From Camelus ferus (taxonomy: Eukaryota), in contig NC_045697.1 of NCBI RefSeq assembly GCF_009834535.1, positions 80,602,001-80,666,000 on the forward strand: a DNA stretch of 64,000 nt, given 5' to 3'. Under the pieces are notes generated by a model. It was not told the origin of the DNA, searched no databases, and saw only the letters and a list, made by a program, of their open reading frames with translations. Positions 51,356-64,000 of this stretch are shown piece after piece. A program made the position numbers and the translations under genes. The first letter of the stretch is position 1; every line of letters begins with the position of its first letter.

Positions 51356-52686
51356 TGAGAATGTTCTTTAAAAGTTACTGATTTCTTATCTCCCACTTCA
51401 GTGCACCATTACCAACACTGGTCAAATATACTCAGAATGAGTCTCATGTGGGTACCTCATAAAAGAAGCTACTCCAACGTTAGTCAGCAGTAATTGTCGG
51501 ATAAGTCTCTATATCTAGCCCCAAATTTGTGTTTTCTAATTCTATTAAAATCACTTTAAAATTTATATGCATATAAATCACTCAAAGGAGAAACTGAAAA
51601 AACATACTTAGAATGATGCTTAGATGAAACTGAAAAAATATGCTTAGCTGTATATGATCATATTTTTAAAAAATAATTTATTTAATATTTTAATTAATTA
51701 AAAATACTTCAACTCCTTTTTACTTTAGTGAGAAATCCTTCATTTATGCCACTCTATGAACCTTGATTTCATCCTTACTTGGTAATTCCTAGAAATTTTT
51801 CCTCCTCAGACTATTCCTTGCATGCACAGGGATTTTTTTGATTTTTGATTTTTTGCAAGAATTCTTGAAAACTATCTTTTTCTTAGAGCTAAGAATTCTG
51901 AAGTATCCCCTTGAAGATTCAAATATTGTTCATATGGAAAAAGAGGGGTCCAGGAAGAAGGAACTGATTCTAATACTATTGCAGAAAGACTCCTCTCCTC
52001 TAAAAATAAACGCAAATCCCTAAACCAGCAATTTTGTTTTGCACATTAACCTTGAATGCATCACATCCTATCAGTCACTCATTGACATTTGTCATCCTAG
52101 AACCTTTCATAATAACACTTATGTCTGAGCTACTTCTCCTAATAAGGGTTTTAGATGGACATGGACATGTAATAAATCTGTTTTATTCTCAGGAGACCTC
52201 ACATTTTCTTGGCTATAGATAAGTAGTAATTGAAGTGAAAAACTGTCTCTTCTTTACCCCTTTGGATGTAATGCTCATGAAAGTGTCTTTTTGCCACCTC
52301 TGTGCTATGGATGGTGTCATTAGCTCAGTCTCAACAGGGACAAATCATTTTATACGTGGAATAGAGATGCTTCCATATGATCGATGAGCTTTCTGGGATT
52401 TTGAACACTGCCAATTTTATTAAAGGTGGATGCCTACAGTCTGTAGGAACATTAATAGCACTTGATTCAAAGTACCATTGTGAGAAGCTTGTTTTTTAGA
52501 GAATACCTTTATTTTCCTTTACTAGATTTCATTAGGAGGTTTCTTGCTTTATCATCATTACTTTCCTAGGCTCGTCTATATTTGCACTCTGGCCAGAGTA
52601 AAAGATGAGTTCCAAGTTGTATGCAAACATCCAATGTGCAGTACTTAAATTATTTGCAAGATAGCATTTTGGGAAATGGTATTTGC

Positions 52687-53058
52687 TGTTGTGGACTGTT
52701 TGGGTGCCCCCTGCCCAACTCATATTTTGAAACCCCACCCTCTCTCCTCATGTCATGGTAATAGGAGGTAGGGCTGTTGGGAGGTAATTAGGATTAGATG
52801 AGGTAATAAAGATAGAGCCATTATGAATGGGATTAGCACCCTTAAAAGAGCTTGCTTCCTCTCCCTCTCTTCACCATATAAGGATACAAGGAGAAGCTGG
52901 CTGTCTACAACCCAGAAGAGGGCTCTTACTAGAACCTGACCAGGCTGGCTCCCTGATCTCAGACTTTCAGCCTCCAGAACTCTGAGAAATAAACTTCTGT
53001 TGTTTATAACCACCCAGTTTATAGTACTTTTGTTATAGCAGCCTGAATGGACTAAGAC
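52687..53058 (+). mobile_element. MaLR solo LTR (MLT1A-like)
   Basis: Starts TGTTGTGGACTG and ends GTTATAGCAGCCTGAATGGACTAAGAC. Flanked by a TTTGC / TTTGC 5-bp TSD. Confidence 0.9.
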
Positions 53059-54109
53059 TTTGCTTTTCACTTAAGAGTTTGTTATATCATGACTATGGTT
53101 GCTAAAACAAAAAGAATGTTTTTAGTAGTCATTCAGTGTATTTATAGTGCAGTGTTATTTATCTGTTTCTTCTCATGTTTGAAATTGTTTTACATCTTCT
53201 TTGGTCAGCATAAATCAAGTCAGTGTTGTGTGGCCTAGGTGTAGGCATGGTACACACTTCCTGTGGTATGCACGGGAGGGGGTTCTGTACGTGATGCAGA
53301 GAGGGTTCTAACAAGGGAACAGTCACTATGGGTGAGTCCCTTCCACCCTCATGCTACAGATGTAAAGTGAGATGAAGTGAGTTGCCGACATCACGAGTAT
53401 ACCCAATGAAAATATTGGCAGAAGCATAATATCTGCAGACCCCAAAGTTTTTTGGTGTGAAGTTGTAAAGAATTGCACAGGGGATGGCAGGGGCTGATGA
53501 CATCAATCTTGATGTGATTCTCCACTTACATGACAATTGACTCTACTAAGAGATAAAGAAAGAGTGACACTTGTTTCACTATTCAAATTTGTGTAGACCG
53601 ATTTTTAAATAGTCTATTTTTTTCTCATAATCAAGTTCCTTTTATTATCTAAGAATTGTAGAAAGGGAAAAATGTACAGTAATTATTATAAAATAAGCAG
53701 CTGTAACAATTTTACAAAAATGTATTTTGTACTTAATTTAAGCATTACTCTGTTAGATAATGTATAAAAATAAAAGGAGTAAAATAAACTATCTGGGTTG
53801 AAAATTGTAGGAGAAAGACTTAGTTGGAAGCTTGTACATTAAATGAAAATATTTGTACTAGAAGAGTTTGATTTTTTCATGCATTGTGGCAGGCAGTTAA
53901 TTTCTTGACTATGCTAACTTATGTTTTTGAATTCAAAGCTAAACATCTGGCATTTGAAAGAATTCTTAAAAATGTAACTTATAGATAAACCTACTTAGAA
54001 TACAATAAATTGAGGGCATTGTGTAAGTAGAGTAAAAAATCTATGTATGACATCTTTCCCTGCCCTCAACATTCTTCCCACTCCTAACGCACCTCTTTAA
54101 GGGACTTTT

Positions 54110-54295
54110 TCTAGCAGTCATTTAACAGAGTTACTGTGTTCCAGATTTGGAATGAGTGATTTACACAGATTACTACATTTAATTCTCAAAATAACCCTGG
54201 GAGGGAAGGTTAACTGGAGCTACTGTGAAGCCTTTTTTTGATGTGGAAGCCGCTCTGAATTGGCAACCCAAACCTGGTATATTTTTGTTTCACAA
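54110..54295 (-). mobile_element. MIR-like fragment
   Basis: CATTTAACAGAGTTACTGTGTTCCAG...CATTTAATTCTCAAAATAACCCTGGGAGG. Confidence 0.55.
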
Positions 54296-54919
54296 TCCAA
54301 AAGATCCAACAAGCATTGTGCCTTTCTTTGTGGAAGGTATAGCATATTTCTCTCACTTTCTAAGCAATATCTTGACATTTCCTAGATGTGGACTTCTGAA
54401 ACTTCTCCAGTTTATCTTCTACCCTCTGACATGCGTGGCTCCTTACTAAGGCGTCTAGGGTTCTTAATTCCTGATCATCACATGCATTTAATATAACATT
54501 GTCAATATAATAAACAATCCAGCATAATGTTCTGTGGCATATAAAAATTATAAAGTAGTATATGATGACAGAGGGCCTGAGGCAAAATGGTAAAGATATA
54601 TTTTTGTCTCTGTGAAACTAACTACTTCTGATTATCTTTGTCAGATTTTTAAAAAATGGGTTAAGTCAATAGCTGAATACTAGCTACTGGGAACCATAGT
54701 GATTTTTCCTTATCCATAACTACAGATTGTTTGTGATAAGGCTCAGTCATTCTCCAAGACCTATTAAGCTTTGCACCAACCAAACAGGCTATTGAAATGG
54801 ACATGTGGTGTGAATCAACTCCCCTGCATTTAAAAAAATCTTTTGTTACGGAGTTAATGTTTTCAGTTCACTCAGGCATGTGTTATTACTTTTAGATTGC
54901 TATATTTTGAGGAGGATTG

Positions 54920-55255
54920 AGGAGAAGGGTGAGGGGAAGGGAAAGCTTTACTGAAAGCAGAGAGAATAGCTTTATGGAGAGGGCTCCCTGACAGAAGCTG
55001 TGACATTCAGAGGAGATGGAGCCAACTCCCAGCGTCCAGCAGGGAGGGACCTGGGGGAATACACAAATGCCCTAAATTCATCCTTCTTTACCCTCCCAAA
55101 TGTGCGGGTGCCTCCCATTGACCAAACCAACCAGAGGCCAGAGAGGGCAGCAGCTATTGGTGCATCCCATAGAGATCAGCCTCCTGGAGAACATGGAGAA
55201 TAAATAAGACTGGAGAGTATGATTGGTGGGAATACTGATTACTGAAAATAGCCAA
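54920..55255 (-). mobile_element. ERVL LTR33-like fragment
   Basis: GCCTCCCATTGACCAAACCAACCAGAGGCCAGAGAGGGCAG...CCCATAGAGATCAGCCTCCTGG matches the recalled LTR33 consensus. Confidence 0.7.
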
Positions 55256-58200
55256 AATACAGGTCTTTCACAATTTAAGTACACTGCTGCTAGTTGTGAG
55301 AAGGAAATGAACAAAGCTGTAAAATTATAAAGTTTGCAGCATCTTACAAACTGCTTTCAAACATGGATCTTGGTCTGTGTTTTACTAACTCTGTTCTTAC
55401 ATGTCACTGGAAGCTCAGTTGAACTTCTGTGCCCATTTTTGAATTCCTGTATTTGAGAATCACCCCTTACATCCTTCTCTTTATTTAAAGCTGGTCATTT
55501 GAACCCCTTCCTACAGAATGGCTACTTTTCAAAGCATCTAGATCTGAAGATGCAAAATAAAATAAATTTTTAAAATGTCCAAAGATATGTGTTTTATATT
55601 TATGTGTTGGAGGGAGCTGGTGCCAATCAAGTGGCTGTGGAATGGAGATATTTTATTCTGTTTGTTCAAGCTGTGTTTCTCTGTGGGGTTTTGAGCCAAT
55701 AGATTTTGAAATATCAAAATCATATATATGGAATCTAATATATAATTATTTCTGAATCATAAATAAGCTGTAAATAGTTAATTGATTTGTGATTCCAAAT
55801 ATTTTAAAACACAATAAAGCAATACTTCTTTAATTTTCCATTTCAGAGAAAGCCTCCCACCAATCAAATGTTGTCTGCCTCACATTGAATTCTAAATAGT
55901 GCAGGGAAATCGACATTCCAGAAGAAAGATAGTCATAAAACTGGCAAGAATCCTCATTCCTTTCTAAATTTATATAGGCTAGAGTTTAAGAGTTTAACAG
56001 CTAAATGAAAATTTAAAGGAAATATTAACAAAACTTACAACATGTATTTTCTCTTACATTGGTAAAGGGACTTTGGACTGCAAAATTAAAAAAAAAAAAA
56101 AAAGAATGAAATCACCCATGATAAAACATCTGGTTGAGTTTTGCTTTCCTTATTTGAATGAATAATATTTAAGTGGGATAACTGTTACTGTTCATAATGC
56201 TGATCTTTCAAAAGAGAACATTGCATTGTTTGTGGAACCCTAGTAATGTGGGAAAATGTTGTTTGTCATTTGATTAACTTGCTCAGACTTTTTGGTTTTT
56301 GGTGAACATTGCATACTCCAGCAGAAATGCTGTGGTTTAGAAAGTGGATTTTCCAGCTCTGAGTGACTCAAACTCTTTACTCAATCATACCCAGGATGGA
56401 AGTATCTCGGAGCATAGAACTCTTGTCTAGTAAGTGCACCCCTTAAAGAAAGGAATTTGGGCAAGGTCTGGTAGAATTGTAAATAAAACACAGGGTTTAG
56501 TTACATCAGGGTGGGCTCCCACAGGAATTAAATGTTTGCTTCCCAGGGGAAGCTGCAACCGTTAAAGACAAAATTTGGGGCTGTTTTTAAGTAAAGAAGA
56601 ATATTCTTGTTTGATTTTATTACATACTGATTTTGCTTTTACAAAATGTGGAACAGATGGAAAATTTAAATTACCATCATAGCAATTTTTTCATATCTAT
56701 TTCATTTGAAAGATAAAGATGACAAAGCCAATTTTCAAATTACCATTGGTGTTTTTGTGAAGATCAGCTGGGGTATTATTCTTTAGATAATGGAGGATTT
56801 AAAAAAAAAAAAACAACTTTTTATTATGGCAAATTTTAATTGTATAAAAAGTAGAAAGAATGTATAATGAAATCCTATTGCTCATCATCAAGCTTTAACA
56901 ATCTTGAGCACAGAATTAATATTTTCTATCATAATTTCAGAAAATTTAAGAACTATGGAGGTCTCCAAGATATCAACCCAATATGATGACAGTATTTTAC
57001 AGATGTGGCTGTTGAGGGCTAAAGAAGTTGAGTGAAAGCCCTGTAAAGAGCCTGTGTCCATTCCTGGAAATTAGTAGGTCACCACTGCTACTGGTTGTAG
57101 GGAAACTTCAGGTTTGGTGAAAACTCTTTATCAGAAGTGACAGAGCTCAGGGAAATGGTCGAAAAGCACAGACGTCTTAAGTCCCCAAAAGAAGGTGGAA
57201 ACATTAACAGTTGGAACCACCAGCTCTCAGGGGCAATCTGGAGTGGATAGTATGTAGCCAAGAGTTCTCTGTAAGCTGGACATCCCAGCTGGCTGACAAT
57301 CAGGACCGGAGCACTGTTCTGGTTTGTCCTAGCAGCCAAATACTCTGTGGTGGAATTATAGGTAGAGAAAAGCTGATGAGTGACAAACACTGATGGGGAA
57401 TATGCAACCAAAGACAGAGGGGAGAGAAGAGAGGCAGAAGCTAAGATCAGAATCAGAGATCAATTTTGATTTCTCTTCCATATGCTCTGTAAAAATGCTA
57501 ACTAAACGAACTTTAGATTTTGCTTATTGCCTCTGTATGCATGAATTCTTTATGTAAATGTCAGGTGGTGGTGCAACTTCTCAGTAATTTAGGAACATCT
57601 GGAATCCAATACCTGTGCTTGTGTGGAATCTTCACTGAGATTTTTATTCTAGGGCAGGGCCGAAGTTTCCAGTAAGTGGAGCTTGCCTGAAATTCTGACA
57701 TGCGTGTGCGAGTCTACTTTTGGTGGAGCGTACTACAATCGTTTATCCACTTTCTTTGAAGGTAAAAAGTCAGTAAGTTAAAGTTTTCTATTTCTGTTAT
57801 AGAAAACCCCAGACCTTTTTTTAAATATTACTTTTTCTTCTATTTTTTTCTCTGAAAATTTTCATTAGGTAATAATCTCTTTGGAATGTCTTCAAATTGT
57901 CTGATATCATAAAAATTGGATCACTTTTGGCCATTTTCTAATTTCACAAATGAAAAACATAACATTTTAAAAGTAGTATCATACTATAAAGCAAAATAAC
58001 TTAAAATCCGGCCAAATAATTTGCTTATTTCTTCTATTTTAACACATGTATTTTATAAAACCTCAAATTCTGTTGTAGTTTCTAAAGAATGCTGAATTTA
58101 GGCTGCTGTTTAGTCAATTGGTAGGAAACATCTTACTGTTAATACAGTTTGTTTTAGAAATTCAAACCAGCATGTAAGCAACATCTCATTAAAAACTGAG

Positions 58201-61200
58201 CCTTCCGTAGTTCAGGAATAATTTAAATCAGACAACAGGATTTTTATGAGAATCAAAGTATCTAAAGTGAGACTTGAACATTTACCAAAGAAAAGAGGTT
58301 TGTCATTTTTTCATTCCAAAGTTCAACAGTTCAAAAAGTAGTAAAGCAATCAGCAATCATTGTCATATTTTTCTGGCATAGTTTTTCTGATTAGCCCTCT
58401 CTAGTTAGAGTGTAACCTTAAGAGAATGGCTCACAAGGTGTTAAATTTGATTGGAGAATAGCAGCATATGGATCAGGGACCATGGGTTCCATCAGCATGG
58501 TTTAGCTATGCATTGCTCGGTGGCATCTGATGGGGAGGCCAAGGAGAAACACAAATGGATTGGGATAAGGTAAGTGCAGGTCAAGGTAGGAAGTGCATGT
58601 ATGGTGCACAGACAGACTTCACTTAATTCACATTTGTGCCTTTGTCTGATTTCATTAGAATAAGAACATTTCCATAATTTCCTCTGTCCCTTCATTTGCT
58701 GTTCAACAACCAAGACATTGATTCTAATGCCTATTCTGAACCTATTCTCTTAAGTTTAAATACTTTGCCATTTGTCCTAACCTTAGGGAAACTGAAAAAC
58801 TACACATTGCCACACTTTAAAAACTTGACTTTGTTTTCTTTTTATCAAATACATCCACTTTTTAAACTCACCCCCAAACCAATATTGAATTAAAAATTTA
58901 AAGAAAGGTTTCTTTTGTCTACTGAATCATTCCCTAATAAGTATTGGTATTGAGGACAGAAAACAAATTACATCACTATTTCTGTTTATTTTAGTGCTTT
59001 GTTTCCAATGCAGGGCACTTATTCATTCAGGTACATTAGGCCAAAAAGGAAGGGTAGTTCCAGCTGTGAAAAACTGATAATCTGAGCTTTTCTTGAACTA
59101 GAGACTTGAACTAGTGGGTGAATGAAGATAAATAAATCTGAATATTTATAAACACTATATATTCTAAAGTTTGAGAGATAGCTTGATTTCACTCTAGCTT
59201 AACTCTTTCCAGGTGACTCAGAGTACTTTTTTTTTAATCACACCACCTTCATATGTCTTCCCCTACTTCCCCCTACCCCAGGTCATAAATATTAAACAGA
59301 CATCTCTACCTTCACCAGTTTAACACTGATGAATTCAGTACTATTGATTGAGAAGTGGTACACCGAAACACTACATTGCATATCATTTAAAAATATCTCG
59401 ATCACTTAAAAACTCAATTCTTCAAATATGCAGAACAAAGCTACTGTATTTTTACATTGATAAATTTCTAAACGTGTCATATTCTTAGAGAGTACCTAAT
59501 AGACTTGAAAAGTGTATCATTATTATGCCTATTATGTCTGTCCCTGTCTATCCTGCTTCCTATATTTGTGTTTGTGTAAATGTGTATTAAAAAGTCTGTA
59601 ACATATAGTAAGTGTATTTTAAATAGTATAAATATATTGTCAAGAAAATACAAGGGTTTATGATCTCAAAACAAAATGTATTAAATGTTTGAAGTGTGTT
59701 TCAACATATGTGAATTCAGTGAAATCAGAGGTGAAAGGACCTCACAGTGTAGTAGTCAGTTCTGGTCTTTCTTTGTCTAATAAGTGTACTGTTTCTATGG
59801 AAACTGCATTTGGAGTAAACATAACTATTATTTTAAGTATTAAAATACCCATGGTATTATAAAGTCAATAGATTTACTCTTCAGTAATAGAAACACTTCA
59901 ATATTTAAAATATATTGTGCATTCTGAGCACAGTACATATTTTTCAGTTTAAAACTAAATTTCATGAAATTTCTTTTGTTATTAAAATGAATGATAAACT
60001 CAGTACCCCTTCAAACATCTACTATGTATTGCTTTGAAAAAAATATTTAAATAATTGTGCATAATATTTGGTAGGGCATTGTGAAAAAAAGTACCTTTAA
60101 CCAAAATTGCCTATATGGTAACATCGTAAAAGAAACAAAACAGAACAAAACTACATTACCACAAAAATAGACAATTTTTTGTTGGAATAATTTTTACAGG
60201 TAACTTTTAATAGATTAAATATCACATAGATGTTTTCATGAAATTAAATTGTGTAACACTTGGTCTTTCATTTAGCCAAGCATTACCTCTTCTCTGCTAC
60301 ATTAATATAACCCATTACATTCATGATGTACTGCAGAAATGCTCACTAAGTTTCAGTATCTTCTACAGCACTTGATGGAAAATATAGTAACTGTCTTTTT
60401 CAGTCAGTGCAACTGCATCTTTGCAGTCCTGCCCAGAGGACTTACTGTTTTATGTAGTACAATGATCATGTGCTCATTTGTTGGAATTAGCCATGGCTCC
60501 ACCCCATGCTTGAGGAGATGGGCTCCGGAGGACAATGGTCAGTGGTAACAGTCTTTTTTTTTTTTCCCCAGAACGTTCACTCCTCAAGTTATGTCCAGAT
60601 TTTAGAAAGTTAAGAGTGGTGTTAGCTGGCTGACAAACAAAGAGAGTTTTGTTAACCAAAAGTCGAGGGGAACTTTCTTCCTTGGCTTTGAGCTTTTAAG
60701 AACTCATTTTCATACTACCTTGGTTCAAAGCCTTTAAGGTATATTAACAATATATCAGGCATTCCTTTATCCTTCTTGTCTACTTTCTACTCTCTCTATT
60801 CCTTTTTCTCCTTTATTAATAATGGACTTGGGGAAGGGTTCTGCCAAATTTCAGGAAGAACTGTCTGACTCAGAATAAAACTGACATCAAGGAGTGGTGT
60901 CAGTGTAGATTTTCAGTAAAAAGGCTTCAAGCAAACCTCTGTATTGAGGCAGGAGACGCAGCGTGAATGCTCATGCCCGGTGGAGCAATAGTCCTTTGAC
61001 CTAAAACATCATCTGTCTTTGCTGAAGTAATTTTTCTTTTTTCTTTTTGTCTCTCCTGAAGTAATTCTTAATAAATCACATGAGTTAGCGCAAGGTATTA
61101 TACCAAAATAAAGCACAAAAAACCCTAAAACCAAACCAAAAAAAAAAAAAATCATGTTAATCACTTACCTTTAAGAAGCTTACATTGTAAAAAAAAGCCT

Positions 61201-61449
61201 TTAAGGGAACTCTAAAAGTCCTCTAAAAAGTCCTTAATTTCTGAGTTGCAAGCTTTATCTTCTAGATCTGTGCCCACTGATAATTTAAAGTAGATTTTTA
61301 GCTCCTATCTGCTGCTATCTGTATTTTAACTTTCAAAATAGAATATAATACAAAAACATAATTTCTGATTTACTTAAACAATGTATTGTATAAAAATAAA
61401 TCTGTTTGTATTAGAGAATATTGACTATAAAGAATACATTAGTTATTCA

Positions 61450-61745
61450 GAGTGTCCCAATCTAGAGGGGCTTCAAAATAAGAAAATGAAAACAAAATGA
61501 AAGAAAGAAAGTTTTCAAATAAATATAGACAAAAATATCCCAGACTTGAAAAGAGACTTACATTTTTGGTTTAAAAATGCTTGACTCGTGTCAGGCAGGG
61601 TTAATGACAAGACCCACGTACAAAGATATCCTGGTGAAGTTTCAGAATTCTAAACCTAAATAGATAATCCTAAAAATAATGAGAGAAACATAGATAACCC
61701 ACAAAAAACAAAAGTCAGATTAGTACAGGATGCCCTCAAAAATTT
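61450..61745 (+). mobile_element. Ancient L1 ORF1 / HAL1-like fragment
   Basis: AAAATATCCCAGACTTGAAAAGAGAC...ATATCCTGGTGAAGTTTCAGAATTC...ATAATCCTAAAA. Confidence 0.55.
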
Positions 61746-62869
61746 TACCTAGAATTCTGTATTTTGCCAAAAAATTAAACTATGATTGCAAAGGAAAAGG
61801 AAAAGGAAAACCCTGAAAGAAGAGGAGGGATTTTCTGTATTGAAAAAATAACAAGTATCAAGAAAATATGAAAGACATTTATCTGCATGCCTTATAATTT
61901 CGAAGTTTACATACTGTGAGGAATTTGACAAATCAACAATTGTAGCAGGAGCTCTAAGTGCATTTCTCTGGACTATGGCCTCTTCCCCATTACAGAATTA
62001 CAGAAATGGGTTACCATAACTTATTTGTTGATAACTCCAGCGCTCATCTTCTATTCTTTTTATTATTAGGAGTTGTTTCCTCTTTGAAAATTAGTTTCCT
62101 GCCATATAATATTCTCTCAAGAGGGAAGAAGTCCATTATCTTGACCTAAAATTTATAACCTTTAGATTTCTTAATCAAAATATCTTCATTTAACTTAAGT
62201 AGATTTGTGATTGCTGTCTGGCCAGGACTCATATTATCACCTGCTCCTTGTATTTTTATGTCATTCAGTTACCTGATGTTAATATTTTGCTCTCAGAAGA
62301 TGATTATATGGTTCAACTGTCTGTGCTCACAATGGTGATGTTTTTATCCTGGTAAATATTTCCTAACATGATGATAGTGTTCTTCTCTGACTCATAATGA
62401 AATTTTAAAATATAAAAAATAAAGGCTGTTACTGCACATCATTCTATAAAACTGCACATCATGCTGTAGTGCTATTGATACTTTTGAGTGTGGAGGTCAT
62501 GATATAGGCACAGTGATGGGAAATGCTGGCTGTCACAGATCTGTTTCTCAGCACTGAACTTTATCCCACTTAAATTATCCAGAGATTCTAGAATATATAG
62601 TAAAATCTCTCCTCTGCATTTTTACACGAGATTAAAGAATATTGCAATAAGAATTTTGCAAATAAATACACTGAAAGAGCAACTATTATTTAGTTTTTAT
62701 TATGTTACATTAACAGTGAAGCAAAGCCTTATGCAAATGTTGATTCACTAGGTTATTACATAATTTTTTGATAAGAAGTAATATATTATGAGAGCTCACT
62801 CCTCCGAGGTAGGTGTTTTCTTAGACATCTTCAAGATTTTGTCTGTCTATATTTATTAGTTGCTATGTA

Positions 62870-63050
62870 AATACTGAATGCTTTCTATAACAGATGCCAT
62901 GTGAAGTTTTTTAACCTAAAGCCTCACAATAACCCTGCAATTAATGTGCAATGCATTATCCCCTTCTTTCAGATGAGGAAATTGAAGCTTACAGAGAGTG
63001 GCTTGCAGAGATGGGATACTAACCAGGCCTAGATGTCTGTGATCCCACTG
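62870..63050 (-). mobile_element. MIR SINE
   Basis: CCTCACAATAACCCTGCAA...ATTATCCCCTTCTTTCAGATGAGGAAATTGAAGCTTACAGAG. Confidence 0.8.
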
Positions 63051-63214
63051 TGCTCTGCTGTCTTTTTTTAAACTGAACGTATTGTCTTTTTTACATGTCT
63101 GATTAGGAACCCTCTCAGTAGGATCGCTGTTGAAGAGCTCTAAGGAAGTTGCTAAGAACTTTCATAAGAATTCCATGTAAGTTTTAATTCATATACAACT
63201 GTGTTCATGAACCA

Positions 63215-63557
63215 CATTGGCCTAAAACAAATGGACCACCAGATATTTCTTCAGCAAAAATGGGTTTATTCGGGATCAGCAGAGAATTGTAGTTTGGAGT
63301 CTGCAGCCATGGTGAGATACATGCAAGTCCCCACATGGCAAGGGAAGGAAAACACTATAAAGGGAAAAGAGACTTGAGAGGGCTATAGGAAGCAAAGAGT
63401 CTAAGGCTTCTCATTGGCTAAGTCCTTGCCAGGAAAGAAGAGGAGTCTATTTTTTTTTTTTTTTTCCTGTTGGACTCTGTTATCCTTACAGGGTATGAGA
63501 ATTCTTCCTTCTCGTCTCCTGACCCTAGTTAACTGAGGTTTCTGTTTATTTTTTACA
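63215..63557 (-). mobile_element. ERV1-type solo LTR (cetartiodactyl-like)
   Basis: Minus strand starts TGTAAAAAA, has CCAAT (plus-strand ATTGG near 63413) and AATAAA (plus TTTATT 63265-63270). Flanked by a 4-bp ACCA/ACCA duplication. The left terminal dinucleotide is mutated. Confidence 0.7.
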
Positions 63558-64000
63558 ACCATTACCCAGGTTCAACTCTCCTTTTGAAATCATCTCTCTT
63601 TGTTACTCCACACTCTCAAAACAGTTGCCAAATCCTGTTGTTTAACATCTGTTTTCTCTACAAGACAGATTTGTGTGTCTTATGAAGCAGGCGCTATTTT
63701 GTGAAAGCAGGCACCATTTTGGTCTAATATTATTTCTTGTGTCTAGGAAAATGCTTTGCCTAGAGGAGCTAATAAACATTTGTAAGTGCAGTGATTTCTT
63801 AGCTATCTCCTCTTTTCATCTCTTACTGTCAGCAAAGCAGATAGAGCCTTCAAAACTTTTCACTTGGGCTGTTAAATACAGTCACCTTCCCTTGGTTGAC
63901 ATTTCGACCTTAGGCCTCTTTCTGTTCCTCCAACCTGCCAAGCATGTTGCTGCCCCAGGACCTGTACACTTACTGTTCACTTGGTAGAAACACTCTTCTC

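Noticed and set aside
51590..51647. 22-bp direct repeat GAAACTGAAAAAA(C/T)AT(A/G)CTTAG, 36 bp apart
   Set aside because: An ordinary local slippage duplication with nothing to suggest function.

Overview
Mammalian genomic DNA, most likely a camelid (alpaca/llama/camel), judged from a vic-1-type tRNA-derived SINE at 43677-43812. The only supportable gene content is the first coding exon of arylsulfatase J (ARSJ) on the minus strand (6376->5979, 398 nt, phase-2 GT donor), lying in a CpG-island promoter. Bases 1-5978 are the start of its intron, and the next exon lies outside the window. The ~56 kb to the right is AT-rich intergenic DNA filled with transposon relics: L1, L2, MIR, MaLR and ERV solo LTRs, and MER5. 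The other ORFs in the track look spurious. I see no evidence of a new multi-gene system. The best leads are regulatory or retrotransposon-related: (1) a uORF/alternative-start arrangement at the ARSJ N-terminus; (2) a CpG-retaining L1 5' end with ~360-bp monomers and YY1 sites pointing towards ARSJ; (3) an intact CCAAT/octamer-rich solo LTR; (4) a three-layer L1 nest whose youngest insert carries an apparent 18-nt 3' transduction; (5) an unexplained 69-bp direct repeat. Repeat family names come from recalled consensus sequences, and old-repeat boundaries are approximate.
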